Source: Eledone cirrhosa (Eukaryota). From it: DNA of 64,000 bases. Made by a program: the position numbers and the translations under genes. The first letter of the stretch is position 1. Each line of letters opens with the position of its first letter. The DNA lies in assembly GCA_964016885.1 (NCBI GenBank), contig OZ024745.1, forward strand, positions 104,594,001 to 104,658,000, in the 5' to 3' direction. Positions 27,250-42,137 of this stretch are shown here, piece after piece. The notes under the pieces were generated by a model. The model searched no databases and was not told the DNA's origin. It saw only the letters and a list, made by a program, of their open reading frames with translations.

Positions 27250-27250
27250 G

Positions 27251-27764
27251 TGTGGTAAAATGAATGTATCCTAGTTGGATTGTTTATCGACATAGACGTG
27301 AGGGAAGGTCCCTCGTCTATTTACCATTTTTGTAAGTGAGAATTATAACAAAGTGAGTGGGTGTGTGTGTAAACAAGACAATAACAACAACGAGAGTTAT
27401 ATTCAACAAATGTAAATAATGGTGATGTTTATTTTGTTTATATGTGTTTATTATATTACAAATGGAACATACCAAATATAGACGCGGTCAGTTGTGGTGA
27501 ATTACAATTGCAAAGGTATTGTGGGGTTTGCTGTTCCCAAGGGCTGTTTATCGTTTCGTGGTACAGAGGCTGTTTTCTGTGGCGTGTATACCGTCTGCTT
27601 TCCCGTGGCTGTCTCTCGTTTCGTGGTACAGAGGCTGTTTTCTGTGGCATATATACTGTCTGCTTTCCCGTGGCTGTCTCTGTTTACCTCTGGTGTTCTC
27701 AACCAGGGGGAGACAACTAGGGTTGTTCCATTATCTGCCAGGAGGCGTGAGGCATCTAACTACA
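27251..27764 (-). repeat. 5' LTR (514 bp)
   Basis: Direct repeat of 19649-20090 plus a 65-bp tandem duplication and a 7-bp insertion. Confidence 0.95.
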
Positions 27765-27954
27765 CTAGCATCCTCTGACCAAATATAGAAACCTATTTAC
27801 TCCCTTTATATGCAAGAAATAGCAGCTAAATATCCCCCAAATTATACCTTAATGTCTTGAAAAATGGAGGGACATGTGAGATAATATATTCCCTGAAAGA
27901 GATATATTGGCAGAGTTGTGAGGAGCATTGCATTATTTGTTCTGGCTCTCTGTG

Positions 27955-28478
27955 TCCTCTGGGAAGTTCATGATGATCCCATTCTTCGACAGTAAGGGCA
28001 TCATCTACATCGAATGGGTTCCCAACAGCTCAACAGTCAACAAAGAGTACTATATAGAGGTTTTGAGGGAGTTCAGAAAGAGATTTCGTTTCAAGAGACC
28101 AGAACTCTCCATGTCTGGTCAGTAACATCTGCACCAGGACAATGTCCCTGCCACAAATCCAACCTGGTGACCAACTACTTGGCTGATAAAAGGATCAAGA
28201 CTGTCCATCATCCTCCCTACAGTCCAGACTTAGCCCCATGCAACTTCTGGATGTTCCTGAAGCTGAAGGAGAAGCTTAGTGTTATCCACTTTGAGGAGAT
28301 GAAGGCGGCTGTGACAAGTGCCCGGGACACCTTCAGAGGCCTTCCAGAAGTGGCTGGAGTGCTACAAGTGCATTGAAGTTGGAGGATCTTGCTTTGAGGG
28401 GGACTAGAATATTGTGTTGATCTGAGTCAAATAAATGTCTCTCTGATAAGTCTCAAATCCTCTTGAGTGAACCTCGAA
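27955..28478 (+). mobile_element. Mariner 3' fragment
   Basis: GKFMMIPFFDSKGIIY, HQDN and HPPYSPDLAPCNFWMFLKLK motifs; TIR-like end ...GAACCTCG. Confidence 0.85.
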
Positions 28479-30720
28479 TATAGTGTAGGGTAGAATTTTC
28501 TTTGAACAGATGATTTTTTAAATAAAAAGTGAATGGCAATGCTTATATGAAAGGAATAATGATTTTTTATGTTTCTAAAATGACTCATCCTTAAACAGAG
28601 GTGTTTCTGTGAATTAAAAAAAATCCATACATTAAACATCGAATAACCTGTAGGACCATGAAAAAGTAATTAAATCTATATTCTAGTTCAATTTGAGCCT
28701 GACCCATTCTTAGTGTAAGTTAATTATAAAATCAAATGAGAGTTGAAGCCATTTTAAATTGCATGAAAATATATTTATTAACAGATAATTCCAATAATTA
28801 TATCCACTACTAAATAAATTTCAAATAGATTTGTGCTCCATAAGAGGTCATTGAAAAATTTATTGAGCAATTAGCCTTTTCATTTCCTCTAGAGGGTAGA
28901 TATTGATTAAACATAAAATATAACAGTAAGTCTCTGATTGCCTTATCTAAAACAATTACAATTACTGATTAACGAACATAGTATTTACATGAATAGAAAA
29001 TATGATCTATTTACCTAATTTTTATCAAGAATATTTAGGATAGTACAGTTGTTAACCGATTTAACAGCTTATAATTTTCATTAATTTGTTTGATGTCTGT
29101 AAAGAAAATAAATGAGTTATCTCCCTACCCTAATATAACAAATAAACATTTTCAGATTTATCTATTAAATCTATTGTCTCTAAAATTAGGAGAAAGGAAA
29201 TTCTTCAAATTAAATATGGTAAAAACAAAAAAGCAAAATAACAAATATAGTAAAGATTATTATTAAAAAGGAAATGAGAATCAAATTGATTGTTACCTGC
29301 AGGTAATATATTTTTTGTTGTTTAGTCCAAAATCAGTTCTTATTGAACAGATCTATGATCAAAGGTGCTTCAGTATATCTAAACCCATATTATCCAACCC
29401 TTTTTGAAGATGATAGAAAGTGATTTGAGGAAGCTTTGGTTGTTATACTTCTTTCTACTCATAACTCCTGAAGGAGTCGTATGGATGTCATAATGACATA
29501 CATTCTTGAACATTTTAAAAACCTGTTGGAGCCCATCTCAATACAGCAGATTTCTTCCAGAGAAAGATAGAGACTGAGAGAAAGGAAGTAAGAAAGAGAT
29601 AGAGGAAGAATCGACTCCAGTAGTAGACTGGTATTTTTTATCAACCTCAAAAGGATGAAAGGCAAAGTTGACCTTATTGATACACTGGCATGACAATCTA
29701 CCAAGTATTGGTGATCTACCCAATAAATGTACCCAGTACATGGTGTAAAGTGGTTGATGATGGGAAGGGCATCCAGCTAAAGAAAGCTTGCCAGATAAAA
29801 GTTTGGGAGGACGCTTCAGTTGTGTCATAGACATGGCAACCTTCCTAGTGTTAGTGTTATGATAAAATACACTGGGTAGTGTGAGGGATCTTATGTGAGA
29901 TGCAGCCCCTGTCCCAGCCCACTGAATAGGTTAGCAGTCTCACTTGAGTATTGACTTGGTCAATGAAGACCTATTCAACCTTTGTTAGCAGGGAAAATGG
30001 ATGTTAATGATGTTAAAGGATGATGATGATAAATATATATATGAGTGCCTGTGCCCAACCCTTGCCAGATGATCATACACACACACACACATATATATAA
30101 TAGAAATGGCTTCTACAGGACTAGAGCTGTTTCATTCGAAGGAAATCATCATGAAAGCTCTTTATATATATACATATATTCCTATAATGCATCTCAGATG
30201 TGAATGGAATAATAAAAATAAAAAAAAACTAGACCAAAACTATCTAGGATTATATTATTTGATATGTTCTTTCATTTTTAAAAACAGTAGGGTGAGATTT
30301 GACAGTGATTTCTAGCAGTGGGGCAACCAGAGTGATGCTTGTTTGTTAGCTTGAAATAAAACATCTAACTGGAAGTACATTGTAAGAAGAAGGGAAAAAA
30401 ATAAAGAGAAAGAAGATAACAGGCAAAATACGAGATAAAAATAAATAGTAACTGATAGCAAAAAAAGATTGAAGATTAGGAGAAACAAAAGAGACACTGA
30501 ATCAAATAATATAATACCAAAGGAAAGAACAGACATCTGAAATGTAATCAAGAAATGAATATAGGGGAAAAGATAATCTTTTTTTCCTGTATTATTATTC
30601 TTCTTCTAAACTGTAGGGAAATACTTAGAAGGAAAAAAATATTTGTTGTTATTGTTATTTTTCCTGCCCTCTCTCATGTATTACTCTTGTGGCAATAGAA
30701 GAGAAATCATCATTATTATT

Positions 30721-30897
30721 TTGGCAGTATCGGTAGAGGGTTGGATGCCATGCTTTGATGCATAGAGTTACGGCCCTTGCCATTCTGAGTTCAAATCCCG
30801 CCTAGGTTAACTTTGCCTTTCATCCTTATGGGGTCGATAAAATAAAGTGCCAGTAATGCACTGGGTAATTGCTGGCCTTGTGCCAAAAGTAGAAACA

Positions 30898-30942
<45 letters not shown>

Positions 30943-31785
30943 AAGGCGGTGGATTGGCAGTGTCGGTAGAGAGTCGGGCACCTTACTTTGCAGCATAGAC
31001 TTACGGTCCTTTACGGTGTGAGTTCAAATCCAGCCAAGGTTAACTTTACCTTTCATCCTTACGGGGAAGATAAAATAAAGTACCAGTAACACTTTCGACT
31101 TTCCCCTCCAACCAAAATTACTGGCCTTGTGCCTATACTAGAAATCATTATTATTATTATAATAATAATAAAGGCGGTGGATTGGCAGTGTCGGGCAACA
31201 TGCTTTGTGGCACAGAGTTACAGCCCTTTACGTTCTGAGCTCAAATTCTGCCTAGGTTAACTTTACCTTTCATCCTTTTGGGGTGGATCAAATAAAGTAC
31301 CAGTCACACACTGGAGTTGATTTAATCAACTTTCTTCTCTCCTAAAATTGTTGACCTTGTGCCTAAATCAGAAACCATTATTTTTTATTATTGTTGGCAG
31401 TATCGGTAGAGCATCAGACACCCTGCTTTGTTAAAGTTCTTTACGTTCTTAGTTCAAATCCTGTCAAGGTTAGCTTTGCCTTTCATCCTTATGGGGTTGA
31501 TAAAATAAAGTACCAGTAACGTACTGGGGTCAATTTAATCGACTCCCCCCCCCCCCCCCAAAAAAAAAATTACTGGCCTTGTGCCTTTACTAGAAATCAT
31601 TTGGCAGTATCGGTAGAGGGTCGGACGCCATGCTTTGATGTATAGAGTTACGGCCCTTGCCATTCTGAGTTCAAATCCCGCCGAGGTTAACTTTGCCTTT
31701 CATCCTTACGGGGTCGATAAAATAAAGTACCAGTAATGCACTGGGTAATTGCTGGCCTTGTGCCAAAAGTAGAAACAATTATTAT
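30721..31785 (+). mobile_element. Five tandem tRNA-derived SINEs
   Basis: Head-to-tail copies starting at about 30721, 30944, 31172, 31394 and 31601, mostly separated by ATT/AAT runs. Confidence 0.9.
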
Positions 31786-32229
31786 TACTATTGACTCCTG
31801 AAGTAGAAGCCATCCTTCACATTGGCTCCAGTAAATTTTCATTCTTTGTTTACTTTTTAACCATCTCTAACCTTTTGTTCAAGTTTTAAACTTGATAAAT
31901 GTTGAGAAAAACTGACCTACTTCTCATAGGTGGGTCAGTTGTGTTGATATAACACACCCCTAAGGTGGAGTGTTGGCTTTGTTTAATTTGTCATTAAAAA
32001 AAAAAATTTTTTGAAAATTATAAATATGAAACCAGAGAGAGGGAGTGCGTGGAGAACACAGCAAAAGGTCTGTTATATATAGAGTTGCTGTCACAAACAG
32101 AAACAAAAAATGAGGAAGACAGCATCTCTATAATGGAGACAGATTCTAAAGAAAAATCAAAACCATATTATTTTAAATAGTATGGATTTGAAGACAAAAA
32201 GATAATGAAAACACAACCAACATAAATAA

Positions 32230-32800
32230 TAACAATGGTTTCTTATATAGGCACAAGGTAAGAAATTCCAGGGGCGGGGAAAGTCGATTAAATCGACCCC
32301 AGTGTGTGACTGGTACTTTATTTTATCAACCCCGTAAGGATGAAAGGCAAAATTAACCTCAGCAGGAGTTGAACTCAGATCATAAAGGACCGTAACTCTA
32401 TGCTGCAAAGCATGACGTCCGACCCTCTACCGATACTGTCAATCTAACATGATAACATGAATAATAAAAATAACAGCAGCAACAACAACAACTACAAAAA
32501 CAATGAAAACAACAATAATAAAAGTGAAAACAAGAACAAAAATAACAGCAGTAATAAAATTGAAAAAGGCAATAACAATGAAAACAACAACAACAAGTCA
32601 ACCAGCACACCAACAAATAATTGCTTCTACTTTTGGCAAAGGCCAACAATAACTCAGTACATTACTGGTACTTTATTTTATCAACCCCTTAAGGATGAAA
32701 GGCAAAGTTAACCTTGGCGGGATTTGAACTCAGATCGTAAAGGTACGTAACTATGCTGGAAAGCATGTCCGACCCTCTACCGATACTGCCAATTCACCAA
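32230..32800 (-). mobile_element. Two SINE copies separated by AAC/AAT low-complexity sequence
   Basis: Inverted SINE cores at about 32230-32445 and 32615-32800. Confidence 0.85.
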
Positions 32801-33129
32801 CAAATAATGCCAGTACTACCAAGTCTTTCGCTAGTGTCATAAAAACTTATTTTTCAAAGATCATTTTCTCTGAAGAAAAAGTAAAATAAGCAAGAGAACT
32901 GGTAGAAAGAAATGGCCCCATTGGAAACATAAACACCCCTTGTGAAACAATCCAAAATAGGATACGTCAAACTGTAACATATCATATTATTGGATTAAAA
33001 TCTAGAAAAAGCCTTACAAACCTACTTGGACACTTCCAATTGTCTAACAGATTTTGTCTAAATTTCCCAGATGCACCAATATGGATTTGGACAAATCTTA
33101 TCTAGATTGCATTTAGAGTTTTCACCAGA

Positions 33130-33830
33130 GTAGCAGATAGAATCAGCATTAATAGCCCTTAGTTTTTGGTAGTGGAATATATACAATTAACTTAGAACAA
33201 ACTAATAGACAGGGTCCTGGTTACTGGAAACTAAATCCATCCTTCCCTGTGTGAAAAGAGTTCAGGTACCAGATTAGTAAAGTAGTCAAACAAGAAATGA
33301 CAGGAGCTAACATAAACAAGTAGTGGATTTTGTTAAAGAGAAAAATTAGGGCAGTATTGGTTAATTTCAGCAAAGTCTTAACTACAAGAACTAGTCAGTC
33401 ATTTAATAGAAGCATATAGAAGAGGTATCACAACTGTTAATAACAAGAATGGTCCTCAATCATTTCTTTGATGTGAAACCTGAAAGATGGGTTATCAGTT
33501 CTAGGGTGCATGCATTAAAACATGAAGTTTCAAACACTGTTCAATGGGTTCAGGTGGTAAAAGCACAATATGACAACAAAGCCACACTTCAGTCCCTGAA
33601 CCACAGAGGGTGCATGCTATTTCACACAAAGTAGGTGTGTGTGACTTTCCAACAGAATTTTGCCAAACTTTTTGAAATGAGATGAGAGACTACAATGCCC
33701 ATTTCCACAACCTGGTGTGATTCTTAACAGGGGACGGTGAAGTGCCGCAAAAAAAAAAAATGATCTCACTAGATGAAGTAGCAGATATGCTAAATTAAAC
33801 AGGGTAAGTCAGTGGGCTTGCAGCTTGGTA
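33130..33830 (+). mobile_element. Degraded L1/Tx1-like LINE remnant
   Basis: GPGYWKLN motif (33212-33236) typical of the Tx1/L1 post-endonuclease region; heavily disrupted. Confidence 0.45.
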
Positions 33831-36169
33831 TGTGGAGAGGAAAACCCAAGCTGGTTGGCAGAAATGTTTGCCACTGGACTAATGGGCTGGTTAAAGTGCC
33901 TAGAGTCTGGTTTTCATCAGACTTCCAGGTAGACAAGAATTGGGAGTAGGTCAAGAACACAATAGCCAATCACACTCAGAAATGGGCTGAGAGAGAACTG
34001 TTGCTTAGGGCAAACATTTTAAGAGGCGTTCTCTTTGTAAATAGAAAGCATATGAACTTATTCACAATATTTGATAATTATAACTAAAGAGTGACAATGT
34101 GTTATGACAACATTCAGAAGTGAGATGATGGCTATCTGATGTAAACAAATACCAAAATAATAATAATTATTATTATTATTTCTAGCATTTTCCATTTTCC
34201 ATTGTTCAAAATTTGACCATAGCAACAAAAATGAATACTACCACTACCAACAACAACAACAACAACACCAGCGACGAGGAAAGTTTAAATCTAAAAAGCA
34301 TCATAATTTTGTTAAATACCAGTTAGAAAAATACCTGCCACTAACAATTACAACAACAACAACAACACTAATGGCAACAGTTTGAACAAGAACAACAGCA
34401 ACAACAAAGCTTTCATCATCACTATAACAGAAAACAATGACACCACCAGCAACAACAACATCAATAAATACAACAAAACCTTCACTACCACCACCACCAA
34501 CAACGACAATAGCAACAGTCACAGTAATATAATTGACTTAGTAGACAACAACAGCTTCAACAAGATTTCTTTTGCATCTACAGCAGCAAAAACTGTCAAA
34601 CTCTTCATAATCTCCCCGCTCAACAAGAACTCATGCCTGGCACAGGGTATTGAACTTCACCCAGAAATGAGCCAAGAGGAAACTATCTCTGAAAGGTGGC
34701 AACACATATATTGCCTCTGTCATGCTTTGCCTCACTTCTTGTCTCACCAGATTGGAACCTCTTCTCTTTCACTTCTTGTGAAAGAGATGCATTCCACTGG
34801 TCAAGTAGTCCATCTGTTGTCAGCACTCTTTGCACAGAGGGCTTGGCATGCCATGGGTATTGATGCATAGACATATGCTGGGGCTACAGTATTTACAAAA
34901 ATTCCTAGACAGTGATCAAGTGAAGCAATATAACTAGGGCTACCAGATTGGACCATAAGAAATGGATTTCATTGCATATCAGAGCTGTCCATTACAATAT
35001 ATATTTTTTACTTTAGGTTATTTGCTACTCTAAAATGTTATCTGTTAAAGGTAAGAATGCTATTAAATAACATTAAATTGTTAACTATATACCCTTGAAC
35101 TGACCTACAGACAATCCTTATAAACATTTTATTATATTTCTACTTTCTAACATAATCTGTTACGTTTTTTTTTTAAATTGTGTTACTTTTTATGAAATTG
35201 ATCTGGTAATCCTAAGAATTACCAGATTCCTGTTGGAAATATAATCCATATGCAAAATATTGATTAAGTAACTTTTTGGCTGTAATGAGGGTTGGTCTTA
35301 GATGGAGATAATAAAAACCATAAAGTAATGATACTTCAACCTCACTGTTTACATATCTACATGATCTTAAATGCCAATATATTAGGAAGAAGCTGCTTTT
35401 ATAACTTCTGATAACATTTATATCCACCCTGAATTTGACTTGCTACAAATAACAGCAAAATCTTCCACAAACCATATCCTGCAATCTTTACAGATGAAGG
35501 ACAGACTGGATAATGTTGTCTGAAGTGCCTTAAAAACAAAAATAAAAAAAGACAAAAAGAAAGATGGGGTAGACTTGGTTGGAATGTCTTTTATCATGTC
35601 TGTTTGATTAGAAATAATCAATATATAGTTCAAATCCCACCAAGGTTAGCTTTGCCTTTCATCCTTACGTGGTTGATGAAATAAAGCACCAGTAAATACT
35701 GGAGCCAATTTAATTGGTTTTCTCCTCCCCTTCAAATTGCTGGCCTTGTTCCAAAAGTAGAAACAAATATTTTTTGCTATTGTGAGCTCTAGTGTCTTTA
35801 GTTCCTAGACTTCCATTTTCTTCTGCCAAACTAGGAGAAGGGTATCATGTCTGATGAAGGAGCCTTGTAATGTGGAATGGTTGATCCTGTGGCTACTACT
35901 AGCTATTCTCCATAGCAACACTTTTGCTATCTCGTCCATTGGATACAGCTAAGATATACCATCCAGCCAAAGATGAAGAATTTACCTCTCTCCATTTCTC
36001 CACCTATTTTTTACCTTTACTTTTCCTTTCCTTTTCTTTTTCTCTGTCTTTTTCTCATTACGTTATTGTAAATATATGATATAAACAATATGTTCTATTA
36101 TTATCGTTTAGTCTTTTACTAGTTTCAGTCATTGGATAGCTATTTCTGAGTTTTAGTCAATTACATCAA

Positions 36170-36830
36170 TCTTCTTCTTCGTTGCCCACTTATTCTTGAG
36201 AGGGTTGTGGGGGCAGCCAAACTCATGGATGTTATCCAGCCATCTTACAAGGGGACTCCCCCTGGGCCTCCTAATTGTTGGTTTTGCCCATAAAATCTGT
36301 CCAGCTATTCATTTCTGAGACATTCTAACCACATACCCATAGTATCAGAGCAGTGATCTCTCAATTTGGAAAAGTAACAATTCTACCTGGAGTGACTCTA
36401 TGATCTCCGAGCTATGCACTTTATTGAGTAACATTACTCCAAAGACCCTTGGGAGAAATCCCATTTCGGCTGCTTGTATTTGTGATCATATTCTTTTGGT
36501 CCTTACTCAAGATCTATGACCAAAGGTAAGAGTTGGCACGAAAACCGAATTGAAGACAAATTTGACTTTTATGCCTACCATCCTTCTTCTGACTACTGAA
36601 TGCTGAAGCTGGGGCATTACTGTACCAGCTTTTGCAATTCTTGCACTAAATTCAGCCTCCTTCCTTCCATCACTCATGAACATGGTGCCGACATACTTGA
36701 ACTTCTCTACCAGCTTCAGTGGAATCCCATTCACATGAAGCGTGCACTGCACAGGCTTCTTTGAGAGGATGAGTGTCTCAGTTTTTGCAGCACTGTTTTT
36801 CATCCCAGCTATGCAGCACTTAGCATCAAA
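36170..36830 (-). mobile_element. RTE-type LINE 3' fragment
   Basis: VEKFKYVG, RIAKAG, SVFVPTLTFGH and QAAEMGFL motifs. Confidence 0.8.
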
Positions 36831-36839
36831 CCTGTTGTT

Positions 36840-37210
36840 ATAGTAATGATAATGAAAATTATTGTGTCATTGCTCAGGTGCACTACAACTCATCAAAGGT
36901 GCATGTTTAGTACATAGAATAATGTACAAATGTCAGGAAAGTGAACAGTGTATGAGTCATGATATACATACAGATACATGTATGCGTGTGTATGGAGGAG
37001 GAATATCAGGTGTAGGGTTGGTGAATTTTCGAAAGCATGGAAGTTTTGAAGGATGTAGTGTCCTGAGAGCTAACAACTGATACAGGTAGTTTGTTCTATG
37101 CTTCAGCAACTCTGAGCAGGAAAAAATGTTTCCAAAAGTCATGGGAGCTGTGCTGTTTTCTGATCTTGTAAGCATGTCCACAGGTGTTAGACACAGGAAA
37201 TTCAAAAAGG
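36840..37210 (-). mobile_element. CR1-type LINE 3' end
   Basis: Homologous to 40345-40760; RGHAYK...FRKHFF..RV C-terminus and ATT tail. Confidence 0.8.
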
Positions 37211-37710
37211 TGCTCAGGGTTGTTGTTGGCAAGATGGTTAATAATTTTGTGGGTGTCTACAAGTCAGTTGCCAGGCACTGGAGCTTTAATATATCCATGC
37301 CCTGTTATAACGAAAATGATAACCAGAAAAATAAGAATCAATAATTTTGACTTCTATCAATCTTAAAAAAATTATATAATCAATAACCATAATCAAGCCA
37401 GCGAAGAATCTTCTAGATAGTTGACTAATCTTCTAAATGTTGTGACTGAATCTCATTTAACATACTCCCAACTGAGAACCATAACAATGATTGAAATTTT
37501 CTATGAAACTTGATTTGTTTTTTTCATCTTTAAATTTTCTACTGTATCTCTACAGGTTTTTAGTTGGTCTATTGTTACACACATACATACATAATTATAT
37601 ATATATAGTTTTGCAAGAGATGTCAACATGAATGGACATATTTTTATCTAAAGACATTTTTTCCAATTCCATCCCGCCCGTCCCCTTAATCTATCTTATT
37701 TCTCATTCTT

Positions 37711-37746
37711 TCTTCTGATGAAGGACTAACGTCCGAAAAGTTAAGA
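37711..37746 (+). ncRNA. Minimal hammerhead-like motif, one stem III mutation
   Basis: TCTT-CTGATGA-A-GGAC(TAAC)GTCC-GAAA-AG-TT-AAGA. Confidence 0.5.
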
Positions 37747-37835
37747 CCCTCTTCCTGCTATATCAAGTGTTAACCTAATATATACCTTCCATATACTGTA
37801 CCGATTGTGTTGTTATTTCTGTTTACCTTTTACAT

Positions 37836-38773
<938 letters not shown>

Positions 38774-39005
38774 TATATGTAAGTATGTATGTATACGTAC
38801 ATACATATATGTATACATATACCGAACATTATAATAAATGTTTGGTAAACTGATACGTACATATATATTTGTGTACATGTATGTATATATATATACATAC
38901 TACTGTACATCTGTATACATATATGTATGTACGTATACATACATATTTACATTTAAGTAACTGCCGTACTAAGAGTGAGAAATGAAATTTCGTTTCAATT
39001 TTTCC

Positions 39006-39061
<56 letters not shown>

Positions 39062-39137
39062 GATATCAAACCAACTTTTTTAAATGGAAGTTGAACAATA
39101 TTCATGGTACGTCAAATTTATTTATAAAACTGCTTAT

Positions 39138-39214
39138 ATATTGTATTTTATCTGAAGAAGGCATGCCATATTTCTAATATGGTATCCCTGAAATATGTAT
39201 AATGAAATAGATAT
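39138..39214 (+). ncRNA. Second copy of the type I hammerhead ribozyme (Penelope-like pLTR fragment between TA runs)
   Basis: Core CTGAAGA (39152-39158), same stems as 26636-26712, GAAA at 39190-39193. Confidence 0.7.
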
Positions 39215-39219
39215 GGTTT

Positions 39220-39335
<116 letters not shown>

Positions 39336-39433
39336 TAAAACATACTTCAACTTCAAACCCATTAATGACTCCAGGGGTAAGACCATTTGCTACTACTATT
39401 ATGCACACACATACACACCACTAACCCTTAGAC

Positions 39434-42137
39434 CAGGGTTTCCCAGCCTGGAGGATATCAGCCACCTGTGGGCAATTGGAAATTGTGGTGGGTGATATAG
39501 AGTTTTGAGTATTAAGAAGGTATTTCAACATATGCTACCCTAAAAAATATTCAAAGGAGATATGCAAAGAACCTGTGTAAAAACAGGATGCTAAATGGGA
39601 ATAACTGGGCCACATTCCTAGAGAAGATATAAGCATTCCTGCAAACAAGGAACATTTTGATATTTTCTATAGTTTTGAGAAGGGTCATCAACATTCAAAT
39701 AGTTATTTAGATGGAATAACATTTTTGGAGATATAAATCAGATAAAGTAGCACCTAGAACAACTTTGCCAGTAAAATTAAGATGTGACTTCAGGTTAAAC
39801 TCGCCAATGCCACCAGTACCAAGATGTAGAGAAAAATCCCTGAACACCCGCCACATAACTGAATGTGGACTAGGCAAAATGTCTATAAATAATGACTGAA
39901 GTGAACTGTCAGGTAGACTGTGTATGGAGTCTTGTTGTAGTATCTCATTGGTAGTTCAGAATTACACCTGGTGAATGCTTTGGTTTTATCCTTGTTTCCT
40001 ACAAATATACTAAACAGGTGTATCATACGATTATAACACAAGAAATCACATATAAAATGGACACAGGTGATGACCTCAAAGAACTCTTGCAAAAGGCTGT
40101 AAACAAGGTGGCACAGATGACAATGTCAGACAAAATATGAGAATCCTAAGATGAAATCTGTTCATAGGTCAATGCACATACTCATATAAACAGACAGTGA
40201 CTCAGTTGTTGAATTGTATTGGTCACAAAGTGATTACAACACTCTCGTGTTCTTGTTTTTGTGGATTTTTGAAAATGGACTTTGAATAACAATATAATTT
40301 GGTGAATGAAAATGTTGTTATCTATTGTTCCTACTACTTTAAAAAATAATAATAAAAAAAAATAATAATAATGAAATTATTGTGTACAGTACTCAGGTGC
40401 ACTACAACTCATCAAAGGTGCATGTATAGTACATAGAATAATGTACAAATGTCAGAAAAGTGAACAGCATATGAGTCACGATATACATGCAGATACATGC
40501 GTGCGTGTGTATGGAGGGGGATATCAGATGTAGTGTTGGCGAATTTCAGGAAGCATGGAGGTTTTAAAGGATGCAGTGTCTCGGCAGCTAACAACTGATG
40601 CAGGTAGTTTGTTCCATGTTTCAGCAACTCTGAACATGAAAAAATGTTTCCGAAAGACATGGGAGCTGTGCTGTTTTTTCAGTTTGTAGGCATGTCCACG
40701 TGCGTTAGACATGGAATTCAAAAAGCTGCTCTGTATTATAAGATTTTTAAACACACTAATATCTCCATTTAAAGAAGTTTGTCATCAATACAGCCTTAAT
40801 TATTTACCTTATGGGTTTATTGCTTCTCAGAACAGTCAATTACCTGTGTCTTATGTGCAACCAAAAATTAAGCCATGAATCCTTCATTGTTAAAGTATAT
40901 TCTAAGTATGTTGACCAGAAGAAACAAAACTTTTATCATATTTCTTACAACTTAAAGCCTCATTTGAAAAGCAGAAAACACTGATCTCGGAATTTCAGAA
41001 AGCAAAATAAAGGGATGATTGTATTGTACAACATTGTGTTAGTGGTTACAAAGGTAGGTAACTCCCACACTATAGGAGATACATTATTTTGACCTGATAT
41101 TGAAGAAGTTCTCTCAACTGTAATACACAATTACGAAGACAATTCTACTTAGTAATAACATAATTTCTCAACATAGAGATGAAATGGCCACTGACGTCAA
41201 ACATCAACTCTCTGGAGTTATGAATTTTCTATACAAGTTGACAAATCAGCAGTTGTGGGAAATCAATGTTTGATGGTGGTGTATGTTCGTTTTTCAATGA
41301 AAATATTCAATCTTGTGAAGAGATGCTGTTCAGTGATCAATTGTTGCTTGACACAAAAGGTACATCTGTTTTAGATTTATTGAAGCTACTTTTTAATGTG
41401 TATAACATCCCATTAAACAATTTTGTTGCCTGTGCATCTAACAGAGCGCATGGTAAAGAAGGAAGATACAGAGGTTTCTCTTCTCTCTTAAAACGTGAAC
41501 ATTCGCATCCTGTTTTAACAGTTCACTATGTGACTCACCAGCAGCATTTAGTAGCAAAGAATTTCAATGGCAGACTTAGTGATGTACTGCAGTTAAAACT
41601 GTAAACAAGCTGAAATTGAATTCTTTGTCTGAATCCATTTTCTGTCAACTGAGCCTTGATAATGGTGATGACAATGTGAGGCTTTTTTACTATACTGATG
41701 TACGATGGTTGTTAAAAGGCAACTGTCTTGTCCATTTTGTCGAATTGTTTGATGCAATAATATTTTTTTTTCAAAACCCTCTACTATCCACTTCTCTTAT
41801 TGCTTCAAAATGTGATATTTTTTCCTCAGCGACATATTCGCTAATCTTAACCATAAAATTAATTATATCCTTTATAATTAAATTTAATAAAATACAGTTT
41901 TAAATGGTGAAATTTTCTTTCATTTGTTCTTTAATACAGTAGCAACTGTATATCAGCATTATTTGTTACCCGCCTTCCGCTTTATTTACTACATCATACA
42001 AAGTCGGCTTATGAACCAGTAACAAACTTTTACCGAATATTCTTAGCATGCTTTTGAATATTTGCTATACAGGTGGGCAGTGAAAATTTTATCTATGTGA
42101 AAGTGGGCATTGATGCAAAAAAGGCTGGGAAACTCTT
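39434..42137 (+). mobile_element. hAT Buster/Charlie-type transposon, decayed transposase (~40780-41850)
   Basis: TIRs CAGGGTTTCCCAGCCT / AGGCTGGGAAACTCTT; 8-bp TSD CCTTAGAC/CCCTAGAC (NNNTANNN); VHYVTHQQHLVAKN and TDVRWLLKGNCL motifs. Confidence 0.85.
40345..40760 (-). mobile_element. CR1-type LINE 3' end nested in the hAT element
   Basis: NARGHAYKLKKQHSSHVFRKHFFMFRVAETWNKLPASVV. Confidence 0.85.

Larger units (their letters stand above)
19649..27764 (-). mobile_element. Ty3/Gypsy LTR retrotransposon, near full length, defective
   Basis: Two TG...CA LTRs; 4-bp TSD CTAG (19645-19648 and 27765-27768); domain order gag-PR-RT-RNaseH-IN; PBS and PPT-like tract. Confidence 0.97.
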
